From Takakia lepidozioides (lineage: Eukaryota; Plantae; Bryophyta), in the NCBI GenBank assembly GCA_030704615.1, contig JAKLZA010000198.1, positions 1-34,000 on the forward strand: a stretch of 34,000 nucleotides of DNA, given 5' to 3'. Shown here piece by piece: positions 32,686 to 34,000 of the stretch. A program made the translations under genes and the position numbers. The notes under the pieces are model-generated. The model was given only the letters and a program-made list of their open reading frames with translations, was not told the origin of the DNA and searched no databases. Position 1 is the first letter of the stretch. Each line of letters opens with the position of its first letter.

Positions 32686-33334
32686 TTGTTTGCAGTGCTT
32701 TCCTAGTGTAGTGCAACCAACTAGCATAGCGGCAGCGGAGTTGGTCAAAGCAGTCCCGAGAGGGCACAACCACTCTGCGTCTTTCCACTAGCAGTCGTAC
32801 CCCTCACTGCCATTGCATGGGGACGACGCCACGTGTCGACCCACACACTCTCCACGTGGATTCATCTACCGGCAGTTCTGTAGTCGACTTCGTCAGTCGC
32901 TGTTGCCACCTGACATGTAGCAGCACTCCAAGTTATGTGGCCGACTGCGACGTGGCATCCTGGGCCCGTGGCCACGCGGCAGCATTGCTGCTCGTCGCAG
33001 CGCCGGCACATTGGCGTCCACGTCCGCGTCCATGTGTCACCGCACCCCGGTGAGTCAGTCCACTCATCCGGAGGGAGAAGTCAAAGTCAGCCCAAAAGGT
33101 TAGACACACGGGCGGGCGGCCTGGTTACGCCACGTGGTTCTTCAGCATTAATCGCATTAATTGCTGAGCAGTTGTTCACGCGTCTGCGTCCTTTACCACT
33201 CCAATCATTGGATGTCCAACCCAACTACCACGTCTGTTGTAACTAGTCGTTTGTAACTTCCAATCGATCCCATTTTTTTGACTTTTACGACTCAAAATGA
33301 GTCGTAACCCCAGTGGTAAATGACATGAATGCTT

Positions 33335-33495
33335 CTAGTGCAAGCCAGTGTTGTGCATGACGTGCTCCTTGTGTTCAATCATGACTTGCGCGATACTCAG
33401 GCCTCGGGACAAGCATTCCATGATCCATTTTTTCAGTTCCTCGCTAATATGTGGAGCATAGGCATATCGGCTGAACTGAAACTGGGCATACTGTT
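33335..33495 (-). pseudogene. Fragment of a paralogue of transposase 1
   Basis: Translates SRYAYAPHISEELKKWIMECLSRGLSIAQVMIEHKEHVMHNTGL, versus TRHAYAPHISKELKAWVMECLCRGLSVAQIMMEHKEHIMNNTGL at ~18565-18695. Confidence 0.85.
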
Positions 33496-33609
33496 AGAGG
33501 GCTGTCTGGGACTTAGACAGTTTTATGGGTTCTGTGGAGTACCCTTAATTTTGCGCAGACCTACGGGTAGTAGACTCTGATAGACACAAGCCTTAAAGGT
33601 GGCAGACAG

Positions 33610-33745
33610 ACTCACACAGTCAAAAGTCACAGTCTGTCACAGCCTAACACAGACAGACATAGCCTGACACAGCCTGTCACAGCCTGACACAACGTGACAC
33701 AGTCAGTCACAACCCGACACAGCTTGGCACAACCCGTCACAGCGT
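33610..33745. repeat. ~10-bp tandem repeat (CACAGCCTGA-like)
   Basis: About 12 degenerate units such as cacagcctga, cacagcctgt and cacaacccga. Confidence 0.8.
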
Positions 33746-34000
33746 TCACAGGGAACGGTTAGATCATTGGTAGGGAACGACTATGTGGGAACGACATCTG
33801 CAGAGGGAACGTGTATTCTGTTTTGGATGACAGTCAGTTAGTTAGGCGGTTAGAACAGCTTGTAGGTAGAATAGGCAAAGTAGCGACATGGAGATGGGCA
33901 CTTCTTGGGCATCACTTGGGGTATCACGGCGGAGAGCACAATCTTGGAGCATAGGGATGGAGATTACACAGAGGAGGAGATACGACCAGATGATGCTTGA

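Overview
Eukaryotic, intron-containing, transposon-dense DNA. A seed-free land plant such as a moss is my inference from the TE families; no ordinary host gene is recognisable. Left to right: (1) a decayed minus-strand retroelement ORF1/gag-like region (~1.3-3.4 kb); (2) the 3' end of a Ty3/gypsy element whose pol ends in a PHD finger, followed by a PPT and LTR start (3.9-4.8 kb); (3) a Mutator-like element with a Ulp1/C48 protease gene (+) converging on a DDE/SWIM transposase (-), saturated with an AGCAGACT motif (~6.7-18.9 kb); (4) a 13.75-kb TIR element (18934-32685, candidate 4-bp TSD TTGT) abutting the 5' coding end of that transposase. The TIR element carries two divergent genes: a second Mutator-clan DDE/SWIM transposase (+), and a ~10-exon, ~1,450-aa gene (-) fusing a ParB/Srx-like domain (DGNHR) to a prokaryote-type beta-class N4/N6 DNA methyltransferase fold (DIPDG ... 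LDLTCGTG). Three of its non-coding regions are filled with arrays of one palindrome, (GGATG)GAAATTCGGCGCCGAATTTC(CATCC). This transposase + ParB-MTase + palindrome-array unit is the best candidate for an undescribed system. All domain calls come from reading motifs by eye; no searches were run.
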